A stretch of DNA of 64,000 nucleotides from an uncultured Clostridia bacterium (GTDB lineage Bacteria; Bacillota; Clostridia; Oscillospirales; CAG-272): NCBI GenBank assembly GCA_947630625.1, contig CANRIL010000005.1, positions 6,205-70,204 of the forward strand, written 5' to 3'. Positions 48,801-56,910 of this stretch are shown here, piece after piece (position 1 is the first letter of the stretch; each line of letters opens with the position of its first letter). The notes below the pieces were generated by a model, which ran no database searches, was not told the origin of the DNA, and saw only the letters and a program-made list of their open reading frames with translations. A program made the translations under genes and the position numbers.

Positions 48801-49170
48801 CGCGGGCGAGCTTCAGTCGATCAGCATCCGCTTCGGCTACGAGCTCGGCGGCGCGACGCTTTCCGTTTACGCACTCGATAACGGCGGCAAGCCGCTGACG
48901 GCAGCGGAGCTTGCGTCGTTCGGACGCGACCCCACCGCGCTCGGCGACCCGATCGCGTTCGTCAACATGAACTCCTCCGTCCAGTGGAGCTACGGCACCG
49001 TACATTTTACATCTGACGATGTCGTCTTCGAGGAGGGGGCTGACGCGTTCAGGATAACGGACGGCGCGCCGCTCGATGTCTCGGGCGCGCCCGCATCTGC
49101 CGCGCTCGTCGTCATGATCTCCGGCTCTATCGGCTCCGGCACATACTTTGACTATATTATGACGGAATAA
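45877..49170 (+). CDS. Lipoprotein glycoside hydrolase family 2 enzyme (beta-galactosidase/glucuronidase-like) with long C-terminal accessory and carbohydrate-binding-like domains
   Basis: GGAGG followed by ATG 45877. Signal [24 protein letters not shown] (lipobox AVGC). GH2 motifs [44 protein letters not shown]. Confidence 0.75.
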   Translation: [1097 protein letters not shown]

Positions 49171-49184
49171 CATCATTTAACCCG

Positions 49185-49225
49185 AAAACCGGCGCGTGGA
49201 AGCCAAGCTCCCCCGCGCCGGTTTT
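49185..49225. terminator. Hairpin between the convergent GH2 and YhaM-like genes
   Basis: AAAACCGGCGCG-(17 nt)-CGCGCCGGTTTT, with 12-bp perfect arms that include A/T runs usable on both strands. Confidence 0.6.
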
Positions 49226-49244
49226 GTCTGCGTATATTCACGCG

Positions 49245-50513
49245 TCAGCACCCCATCATTATGTTAAGTATCTCCCTGTCCGTCTCCCTCATGCCGTCGC
49301 GCGCGAGGCGGGATACGTTTTCGATCGTGTTCTCGATCCCCTTTGTGACAATGCCGTCGCCGCCCGTAAACTGGCTGCCGTGCATGTACATATACATGCC
49401 CAGAAGCCCCGCGTCGACCGCGGACGCGATTTTGGCGGCGCAGCTCGCCTTCGCCCCATCGCACACGACGCCTGAATTTATAGCGACCGCGTTCACGATC
49501 GTGTGCGCGATCTCGTTATATCGTCCGCCGTATAGGTACGTGACACCCGCGCCCGCCCCGCATCCGGCGCTTATCGCGCCGCAGTATGCGGAAAGGCACC
49601 CGATGCCCGTTTTGAGGCGGACTGTAACAAGATTTGAAACGATAAGCGCGCGGTAAAGCTCGTCCTCTGAGACGCCGAGCTCGTTTGCATATACGATCAC
49701 GGGCAGCGACGCCGTCATACCCTGGTTCCCGCTGCCGGAATTTATGACGACGGGCAGCTCGCATCCGTTCATCCTCGCGTCTGACCCCGCGGCCGCCCAC
49801 GCCTTCGCGCGGTTTGAGACGCTGTTCCCGTTCGTCATCATCAATATCCTGCCGATACCGGCTCCGTAATCGCCCGTAAGCCCCGCCTTCGCGATCGCGG
49901 TATTGTATTCGATCTGCCGCGCTATCACATCGCGAACCTCGTCGAGCCTGACGTGTTCGGCATAATCGACTATTCTTTCTATGGACAAAAGGCTCCTGTC
50001 TGCCGCACCGTGCGCCTCGCCGCCGCAATCGCCCAGATATAAAGTCTGCCCGTCCCGCTCGACAGAGACAATGTTCGTGTGCGAATCTGCGAGCGTCACC
50101 TTTGAGGTGTGCTCCCCTGTGCGGACGAGGACTATTATCTCAAACAGCCGCCCGCTCTCCGATTTTGTGACCGTTATCGCGTGGGAGGCAAGATATTCCG
50201 TGATCGCCCGAACCTCATCTTCCGTCACCGAGGCAAGGACTTCGAGCTGCCGCGTCTCGTCCCCCGCGACGAATCCGGCGGCTGCCGCCGCCTCGATCCC
50301 GCGAAGCCCGCCCGTGTGCGGAACGATGACGCTCTTGACATTCTTTATAATGTTCCCGCTGACCGTTATCTCCGCCGATTCCGGCAGCGCCCCGAGCGCC
50401 CGCCTCGCCGCCGCGGCAGCATAAGCGAGCGAGATCGGCTCGGTGCATCCCATCGCGGGGATCAGTTCTTCCTTCAATATCGCCGTAAACGCGTCGCTGA
50501 CGTTTTTATCCAT
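49245..50513 (-). CDS. UPF0597/YhaM-type protein (L-cysteine desulfidase / serine dehydratase alpha-like family)
   Basis: Preferred start ATG 50513: MDKNVSDAFTAILKEELIPAMGCTEPISLAYAAAAARRALG, the characteristic family N-terminus. The ORF is open to 50663. Confidence 0.75.
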   Translation of the reverse strand: MDKNVSDAFTAILKEELIPAMGCTEPISLAYAAAAARRALGALPESAEITVSGNIIKNVKSVIVPHTGGLRGIEAAAAAGFVAGDETRQLEVLASVTEDEVRAITEYLASHAITVTKSESGRLFEIIVLVRTGEHTSKVTLADSHTNIVSVERDGQTLYLGDCGGEAHGAADRSLLSIERIVDYAEHVRLDEVRDVIARQIEYNTAIAKAGLTGDYGAGIGRILMMTNGNSVSNRAKAWAAAGSDARMNGCELPVVINSGSGNQGMTASLPVIVYANELGVSEDELYRALIVSNLVTVRLKTGIGCLSAYCGAISAGCGAGAGVTYLYGGRYNEIAHTIVNAVAINSGVVCDGAKASCAAKIASAVDAGLLGMYMYMHGSQFTGGDGIVTKGIENTIENVSRLARDGMRETDREILNIMMGC

Positions 50514-50747
50514 AATTCGGGTTTTCCTTAGGCAACAAATACTTTCACAATTATATTGTATCATATCGCGCGCGCCGTGTCCATATCGAAAAAATTCCGG
50601 GCGACATATATTTTTGCCGTCCGGCTTTTCCTGCGTCGGCACGCCCCTGATTTTTACGGACAATTTACGCTTTTTCGGTTGAAAAGCGAGGCGAATGCTG
50701 ATATACTTTTATAAAAGCAAAATATTATTGAAAGGACAATAGTACAC

Positions 50748-51554
50748 ATGCTTAAGACAAATTCAATAGATTTCAACAAAAAGACCGGCTTCATATGCGA
50801 TATGGACGGCGTGATATATCACGGCAACAAGGTGCTGCCCGGCGTCGGGGACTTCATCGACTGGCTCCACTCCGAGAAAAAGGAATACCTCTTTTTGACG
50901 AACAACAGCGGCTACACGCCGCGCGAGCTGCATCAAAAGCTCGCGCGCATGGGGCTCGATGTGCCCGAGGAACGCTTCTACACGAGCGCGCTTGCAACGG
51001 CGGCGTTTTTAAAGGAGCAGTCCCCCGGCTGTTCCGTCTTCGTCATCGGCGAAGCCGGACTTCACAACGCGCTCTACGACGCGGGCATAACGATGAACGA
51101 CGTTGACCCCGATTATGTTGTCGTCGGCGAAGGTCATTCATATTCGCTCGACTCGCTGACGAAGGCAACGAATCTCGTGCTCGCCGGAGCCAAGCTGATC
51201 GGCGCGAACTCCGATCTAACGGGACCGATCGAAAACGGGATCGCCCCCGCCTGCCGCGCGCTTATAGCGCCGATAGAGATGGCGGCAGGGACGAAGGCAT
51301 ACTTCTGCGGCAAGCCGAACCCGCTCATGATGCGCACCGGGCTCCGCATGCTGAACTGCCACTCCGCCGACGCCGTCATGGTCGGCGACAGGATGGACAC
51401 CGACGTTATCTCCGGCATGGAGAGCGGCATGTCGACCGTTCTCGTCCTCTCCGGCGTCTCCACGCGCGACACGCTCCGTGAATACGCGTACCGCCCGACC
51501 GTCGTGCTTGACGGAGTCGGCGACATCGTTGCCGCCGCCCGCGGAGTGAAATAA
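50748..51554 (+). CDS. HAD-IIA family sugar-phosphate phosphatase (NagD-like)
   Basis: 268 aa. DMDGVIYHGNKVLPG, LFLTNNS, GKPNP, VGDRMDTDV. Confidence 0.85.
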   Translation: MLKTNSIDFNKKTGFICDMDGVIYHGNKVLPGVGDFIDWLHSEKKEYLFLTNNSGYTPRELHQKLARMGLDVPEERFYTSALATAAFLKEQSPGCSVFVIGEAGLHNALYDAGITMNDVDPDYVVVGEGHSYSLDSLTKATNLVLAGAKLIGANSDLTGPIENGIAPACRALIAPIEMAAGTKAYFCGKPNPLMMRTGLRMLNCHSADAVMVGDRMDTDVISGMESGMSTVLVLSGVSTRDTLREYAYRPTVVLDGVGDIVAAARGVK

Positions 51555-51586
51555 CGAACAGGTTATTGCAGGAATATCAAAATGTC

Positions 51587-51752
51587 GTCGGGCTCCCTAC
51601 GGAGCCAGTGGATTGAAATGACAATAAGTATAACGTTGTGCCGTCCCCAACGGTCGGGCTCCCCGCGGAGCCCGTGGATTGAAATCCCGCTAAATTGTCA
51701 ACGTAAATGCAAATATTTTGTCAGGCTCCCCACGGAGCCTGCGGATTAATTT
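51587..51752 (+). CRISPR. Orphan degenerate mini-CRISPR array (3 repeats, 2 spacers), repeat family related to the main array but in the opposite orientation
   Basis: R1 51587-51619 GTCGGGCTCCCTACGGAGCCAGTGGATTGAAAT. S1 51620-51652 (33 nt). R2 51653-51685 GTCGGGCTCCCCGCGGAGCCCGTGGATTGAAAT. S2 51686-51719 (34 nt). R3 51720-51752 GTCAGGCTCCCCACGGAGCCTGCGGATTAATTT. It starts 32 bp after the HAD gene stop, and there is no AT-rich leader. Confidence 0.8.
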
Positions 51753-51811
51753 ACAAAGCGCAAAGAAAAAACAACTCAAAAAATATACCGTGGAAAAATC
51801 ATCGTCACTGC

Positions 51812-51840
51812 TTGACATTTTGACGCGCGGTGCATATAAT
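51812..51840 (+). promoter_or_regulatory. Consensus sigma-70 promoter upstream of the YczE-like gene
   Basis: TTGACA (51812-51817), 17 nt, TATAAT (51835-51840). Confidence 0.65.
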
Positions 51841-51876
51841 TAGTTGGTTTTAAATTTGCCGCTGAGGAATTCTGAC

Positions 51877-52536
51877 ATGAAAACACGTGTGATAATGAGC
51901 TGTCTCGGAGTTTTGATAGGGGGTATAAGCGTCGGCATGTTCCGCACGGCGGCGCTCGGCGTCGACCCCTTTCAATCATTCATGAGCGGGCTCGACATCA
52001 TGTTTCCTATCGGATTCGGGACGCTGTACGTGATCGCAAACGCCGTCCTTTTGCTGTTTTCCCTCATATTCGACAGACACAAAATCGGGCTCGCCACGCT
52101 CATAAATCTGACCCTGCTCGGGTACGCCGCCGAGTATTCGCAGAAATTCTTCGAATTTATCCTCCCCGACCTGTCGCTCATCCCGTCGCTTCTGCTGCTC
52201 ATCATCGCCATCGTCGTGATGTGCTTCGGCTCAGCCATGTACTTCAACGCCGACCTCGGCGTCTCTACATATGACGCGATATCTCTGATCATATCCGAAA
52301 AACAGTCGCGCGTCAGCTTTAAGGTCTGCCGCGTGCTGTCTGATCTCTGCTGCGTCGCCGCCGGTGTGATACTGTGCCTTCTCGCCGGCTCGTCCTGGAG
52401 CGACATCGGAGCCTATGTCGGCATCGGCACGATCGTGACCGCGTTTTTTATGGGTCCTCTCATCAGTTTCTTTTCCGGTCTTCTTCCGTACGGCAAAAAA
52501 GAGGACGCGAAAAAAGCAGCCGCGGCAAAATCATAA
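51877..52536 (+). CDS. YczE/YitT-like small polytopic membrane protein
   Basis: GAGGA followed by ATG 51877. MKTRVIMSCLGVLIGGISVGMFRTAALGVDPFQSF... and about 5-6 TM helices. Family assignment is from memory of the N-terminal pattern. Confidence 0.55.
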   Translation: MKTRVIMSCLGVLIGGISVGMFRTAALGVDPFQSFMSGLDIMFPIGFGTLYVIANAVLLLFSLIFDRHKIGLATLINLTLLGYAAEYSQKFFEFILPDLSLIPSLLLLIIAIVVMCFGSAMYFNADLGVSTYDAISLIISEKQSRVSFKVCRVLSDLCCVAAGVILCLLAGSSWSDIGAYVGIGTIVTAFFMGPLISFFSGLLPYGKKEDAKKAAAAKS

Positions 52537-52613
52537 GCGGCAAGTATATAAAATCCCCCGCACTCGCGGCCGTGCATCTGCGCGCTTCGCCTGCATTGCG
52601 GGGCGTTTTTTTA

Positions 52614-52642
52614 TTGAGCTTTGAGACTTTTTGTGATATACT
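52614..52642 (+). promoter_or_regulatory. Dedicated promoter of the STAND NTPase gene
   Basis: TTGAGC (52614-52619), 17 nt, TATACT (52637-52642), with TGa immediately upstream (extended -10). It lies after a CCCCGCA...TGCGGGG hairpin plus T7 run (about 52556-52612) that ends the YczE-like transcript. A GAGAGGAG RBS precedes ATG 52682. Confidence 0.55.
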
Positions 52643-52681
52643 TGATTTATATAGGATCGCCCGCATGAGAGGAGAAGACGT

Positions 52682-55600
52682 ATGACGCCCTGGAATTCCG
52701 TTCTTGTATTTATCAGCAGCACGTTTCTCGACATGCACGCCGAGCGCGATCTGCTTGTGAAACGAGTATTTCCGTTTTTATCGCTGTGGTGCGAAAAGCG
52801 CCGCATAAAATTGACTGAAGTCGACCTGCGCTGGGGCATACGCGAGGAAGACTCGCAGGAAAACAACCGCGTCGTCAATGTATGTCTTGAAAATATAGAC
52901 CGCTGCCGTCCGCTGTTCCTCTGCTTTTACGGGCAGCGGCGCGGATGGGTTCCAACATTGTCGGACGTGCCTGATCCTGTGCTCAGGGCGTTCCCCGGAC
53001 TTGCGGATAATTTAAGGGAAGGGCGCTCTATCACGGAGCTCGAGATCATACACGCCATAAGCGGCGGCAAAGACTGCGACCCGTTCTTTTTCTTTCGCGA
53101 TCCCTCATTTCTCGACAGTATAGACGACGCGGCAGTCAAACGTGAGATATACGCCGGCAGCGAAGAAGACGAAGAAAAACAGCGAAGCTTTCGCGACTAT
53201 ATAAAAGCCCGCGTCAGGGGCGACAGTATTTTTTCATACACGGCAAGATGGGACAGAAGTCTTTGCACCCCGGAACTCAGAGCCAAAGCTCACCCTGGCG
53301 TCTCGCCGCAGCGGCTCTGCCGCGGCAGGCTGACCGACTTTATGGTCGGTGAAAGACGGCTCGAGGACGTTGTCACAGATGTACTGAAAGCCGCAATTCT
53401 GCGCCTTTTCCCTGATCGCGCCGAGCCGGTCACCTCCGGCAGCCGCTATGAACGGGAAGCGGACGCTCAGGAGCGGTTTGTTATGTCCCGTGCCTTCGAA
53501 TACGTTCCGGGCGGCGGGGCTGAGGATATACTGTTTAACGATTATATCGGTCGCGAGGACAGCGCATGCCCGTTTGTTATTGCGGCTCCGTACGGCACGG
53601 GGAAAAGCGCGTTTCTCGCGGAGATGGTGCGCTGCCTGCGCGAACGAAGCGACTGCACGGTAATATACCGCTTCATCGGCGTCAACGGAGGCTGCATCGA
53701 ACACGGACTTGTCACGAGCCTCATTCACGAGCTGACCGAGAAGGGACTTATCGACAAAAAAATGCTACTGTCGGATGAAAACGCGAACTTTGTGAGTTTT
53801 CCGACGCTTCTTAAAAATGCAGCATCTGCGGCAGGAAAGCTTATCCTCGTTCTTGACGGTTTGGATCAGCTTGGTCTTCCCGTAAATATGCTCGACATCC
53901 CGTTTGAACGTATCGACAGCACACTTAAAATCGTGTTAAGCTTCTCAACGGAATCGACCGGAGCCCCAGAACTTATTACGCGGATGCAAATGCGCGATAT
54001 TCCCGTGATCGGGCTTGTAAATGACAAGCCCCGCCTTCGCATAATGGCGGAAAGTTATCTTTCACGGTACCTGAAGGCGCTGAGTCCGAACATGCTCGAT
54101 GAAATTGTCAGTAATTGTCCGGACTTCAACCCGCTCTTTGAAAAGATCGTTCTGTCTGAGCTTCGCGTTTTCGGCTCGCATGACGAGTTGTCGGAAGAAA
54201 TCAACAAATACAAGGGCAAATCCGTCGTAGAGTCGTTCGGACAGATGATATCGAGGATGGAGAACGATATCACTTATTCGCTCCCCGCGCTCGGAAGCTC
54301 AGTTCCGATCTTCCTCGGACTGCTCGCATGTTCAATAAACGGACTTTCGCTCCGCGAACTTTGCGACACTGCCATGGTGGAGCTCAAATCCGACAAAGAA
54401 TACCCAATGTCTTTGATCGAGGACGCCGCATCCGTTCTGCTCGCCGGTGTGCGAGACTTTGTCGCGCTCGACGGCGAACGCTACATGATCAGATATGAAT
54501 CACTTTCAAAAGCGATATCCGTCAAATACGGATCGGGCATGCTGAAACACAAGTTAGCTCTCGCTTTTTATTTTCTTTGCCGCTATAAGGCGATCCTCGG
54601 CAGCACTGACAGCGGCGACCCGGAGGAAAGAAAGCTCGTTTTGTCCGAGCTCCCTGATTATTTGTGGCGCAGCCTTCAGCTTGACGGGCTTGACATGCTG
54701 CTTCGCAGCTACGAATTTATTCGCGCGAAGGTAAAATACTGCGGCATATACGAGACATTGTCGGACTTCAGCCACACAAATGATCCGGACGCGCTCGAAA
54801 TAAAACGTATACTGCTGACGATTGCGGCTGACATTCCTGCGGAGGGGCAATTTGACGAAGCTTTATTTGCAGGTCAGCTGATAGGAAGGCTCGACTCACG
54901 CAAGTACGGGAAGCTCCGGGCATCGATGAAAAAAGCCGTAAACGTCAAGTGGTCATCTCCGAGCGGAAAAGCGTTCCTGTCGGCAGGCATAGTGTGGAGC
55001 CGCGTGCTTCCGCAAGACTGCGCTGTTTGCTGCATATCCTGCCTTGACGAACGCGTCAATATCCTTTGTCAGAGTACCTCGGGATTTGAATTCTTTCAGC
55101 TGAATATAAAGACGGGTGAGATCCGCTCCCGCCTTGTCGGGGATCAGGCTCAAAAAACACAGCTTAAGAAGTGGAAAGAGGTTAAGCACCCGGAAGTGAT
55201 CCGGACGGGGTATGTAAAACAAATCAAGCGGCAGGGAGATCATGTAAGCTGCCGCGGCAAAAGCATGATGAGCCTTTATGACAACTTACTCGGCTACTAC
55301 GCCCGCCCAGATCTTTGCTGCGCATGCAACGGCGATAATTATTTCATCCTGCGTGACGGTGTGCTTCACATATACAAAAGGACGGGTGCGCTCGCGGAAC
55401 GGCGCAAAGTCGCAGACGGCGCCGCGGAAATTTTTGCCTCCTCGGACGGCGTCGCGCTGCTGCATGAAAACAGTCTGCTAGAATTATACAAAATAAGCTT
55501 CGGCTCTGTCAGCGGCGTGCACACAAAACTTTTCGGCAAAGATCATCGGATCCGCGGTGTTCTTGACCATTGCTTTATTCTCTTTTCCACCGACGAAAAA

Positions 55601-56851
55601 CGCCTTGTATATATTGATATCGACGGCAATGAAGTCGAAAAGCGCCCGGCGTTTTTGGAAACTCACGTCTTTTCAGGCAGCGTTTTGTTCTCTGACGTTT
55701 ATGCGGTGGAAAAGAAAGGCCATCTTACGACAGTGTACGAGCTTGAAACAGGCAGGGAACTCTTAACGACGGACGCGGTATCTAACGCCGATATGATCAG
55801 CCTGACCGCTGATGGTCACTTAGTCGCCGCAGTCGGAATGCGCATCATAGCGTCCGACATCTCCGGCGAAAGCATATATGATCCGCCCTCCCGAAGCTTG
55901 CCTGTCTATGACATCTGCATTTCAAAACGCGGTCTTTTCGCCGTTGACAATCACGATATATATAATGTGCGTGCGCTGCCGGACGGCAGCAGGCTTGATG
56001 ACGGCGTCGCTGTCAGTCATATAAAAAATGACGGCGAGCTTGACAGGCTTCTGCGCCTCGCAGATGTCCGTGCGGCGCAGCCCTTCGGAGACGACGGCAC
56101 ATTTCTGGCGCTTACGGACGAGTTGACCGCATTTTGCATCGACGGCTCCGAGGTTACTCGCAAAACAACGCTGCACGTAACGGATCATTCGGTCAGCCAT
56201 TTCGCAGTACTCGGCAGCTGCGTCGCCGTCGTCTCGAAAGAGCATGTGCATATATTTGACCTCGCCGCCTTTAAAAATTATTACAGGGATCAACTCATTT
56301 ATGAGCCGGACAGCAAGTATATTGTCAAAATTCCTATCGGATTCAGACCGAAGCATGTTGTCGGAAACGGGCAAGACTTTGTTCTTTTTGTCAGTCACGA
56401 CGGAGAATATAAGCTGCTTTTTTCGCAGCGTACCGGCAAGGGCACGTCCGTCAAAATGTCAGGCACGGGCACGTTCGGCCGCCTCGCTTTCGTATCGGCA
56501 TCAGGCGATATCGTCGCCTCAGTCAACAGCTCCGACGACAAACTGAAGCTTTTTCGTGCGGCAGACGGGAAGCTTTCAAAAATAAGCGAAATAACGCTGA
56601 CGCTCCGCAATAAAGAAGTGCCTGTCGCATGCGTATGCGGCACACTCAGGAACAGCGATGACATTCTTGTGCTGTGCGCTTCCTGCACGACCGGTTCAAC
56701 ACGTGTCATCCGCGTTTTCTCAGACGGAAGCGGCGAGGCATCAGTATTTCACTCGGACAGGCAATTCAGCACGATGGAAGCGTTCGGAGCACACACCGGA
56801 AAGGTGTTTTTGCGCGGCGCCGACAGGCTCGGAGCCGTAATATCGGTTTAA
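52682..56851 (+). CDS. STAND NTPase: N-terminal DUF4062-like domain, NACHT-type P-loop module, helical region, C-terminal beta-propeller-like repeat region (NLR-like architecture)
   Basis: 1389 aa. aa 6-90 VLVFISSTFLDMHAERDLLVKRVFPFL...VDLRWGI...CRPLFLCFYGQRRGW. Walker A PFVIAAPYGTGKSAFLAEM (aa 298-316, about nt 53573-53629). Walker B KLILVLDGLDQL (aa 386-397). The last about 630 aa are rich in short beta-strand / G-D turn repeats (DGVALLHENSLLELY, DGHLVAAVGMRIIASD, DGEYKLLF, SGDIVASVNSSDDKLKLF). Confidence 0.8.
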   Translation: MTPWNSVLVFISSTFLDMHAERDLLVKRVFPFLSLWCEKRRIKLTEVDLRWGIREEDSQENNRVVNVCLENIDRCRPLFLCFYGQRRGWVPTLSDVPDPVLRAFPGLADNLREGRSITELEIIHAISGGKDCDPFFFFRDPSFLDSIDDAAVKREIYAGSEEDEEKQRSFRDYIKARVRGDSIFSYTARWDRSLCTPELRAKAHPGVSPQRLCRGRLTDFMVGERRLEDVVTDVLKAAILRLFPDRAEPVTSGSRYEREADAQERFVMSRAFEYVPGGGAEDILFNDYIGREDSACPFVIAAPYGTGKSAFLAEMVRCLRERSDCTVIYRFIGVNGGCIEHGLVTSLIHELTEKGLIDKKMLLSDENANFVSFPTLLKNAASAAGKLILVLDGLDQLGLPVNMLDIPFERIDSTLKIVLSFSTESTGAPELITRMQMRDIPVIGLVNDKPRLRIMAESYLSRYLKALSPNMLDEIVSNCPDFNPLFEKIVLSELRVFGSHDELSEEINKYKGKSVVESFGQMISRMENDITYSLPALGSSVPIFLGLLACSINGLSLRELCDTAMVELKSDKEYPMSLIEDAASVLLAGVRDFVALDGERYMIRYESLSKAISVKYGSGMLKHKLALAFYFLCRYKAILGSTDSGDPEERKLVLSELPDYLWRSLQLDGLDMLLRSYEFIRAKVKYCGIYETLSDFSHTNDPDALEIKRILLTIAADIPAEGQFDEALFAGQLIGRLDSRKYGKLRASMKKAVNVKWSSPSGKAFLSAGIVWSRVLPQDCAVCCISCLDERVNILCQSTSGFEFFQLNIKTGEIRSRLVGDQAQKTQLKKWKEVKHPEVIRTGYVKQIKRQGDHVSCRGKSMMSLYDNLLGYYARPDLCCACNGDNYFILRDGVLHIYKRTGALAERRKVADGAAEIFASSDGVALLHENSLLELYKISFGSVSGVHTKLFGKDHRIRGVLDHCFILFSTDEKRLVYIDIDGNEVEKRPAFLETHVFSGSVLFSDVYAVEKKGHLTTVYELETGRELLTTDAVSNADMISLTADGHLVAAVGMRIIASDISGESIYDPPSRSLPVYDICISKRGLFAVDNHDIYNVRALPDGSRLDDGVAVSHIKNDGELDRLLRLADVRAAQPFGDDGTFLALTDELTAFCIDGSEVTRKTTLHVTDHSVSHFAVLGSCVAVVSKEHVHIFDLAAFKNYYRDQLIYEPDSKYIVKIPIGFRPKHVVGNGQDFVLFVSHDGEYKLLFSQRTGKGTSVKMSGTGTFGRLAFVSASGDIVASVNSSDDKLKLFRAADGKLSKISEITLTLRNKEVPVACVCGTLRNSDDILVLCASCTTGSTRVIRVFSDGSGEASVFHSDRQFSTMEAFGAHTGKVFLRGADRLGAVISV

Positions 56852-56910
56852 ACCGGTTAATCGTTAAAACTCGTCTCATATACGGTATATTATTGTCGGA
56901 GCATACATTT

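Noticed and set aside
51555-51586. TGCAGGAATATCAAAAT just left of mini-array R1 could be the missing inverted half-repeat (TGGGGATTGAAAT) predicted by a one-step inversion model.
   Set aside because: The resemblance is poor. It also abuts R1 without a spacer-length gap, so it does not support the model.
56674-56910. N-terminal 79 codons of ORF 56674..57414 overlapping the end of the STAND gene.
   Set aside because: This part overlaps the 3' end of the STAND gene in another frame and has no motif. The MATE sequence begins at ATG 56911 (MEDIKKSQLFENTPIPKAV...).
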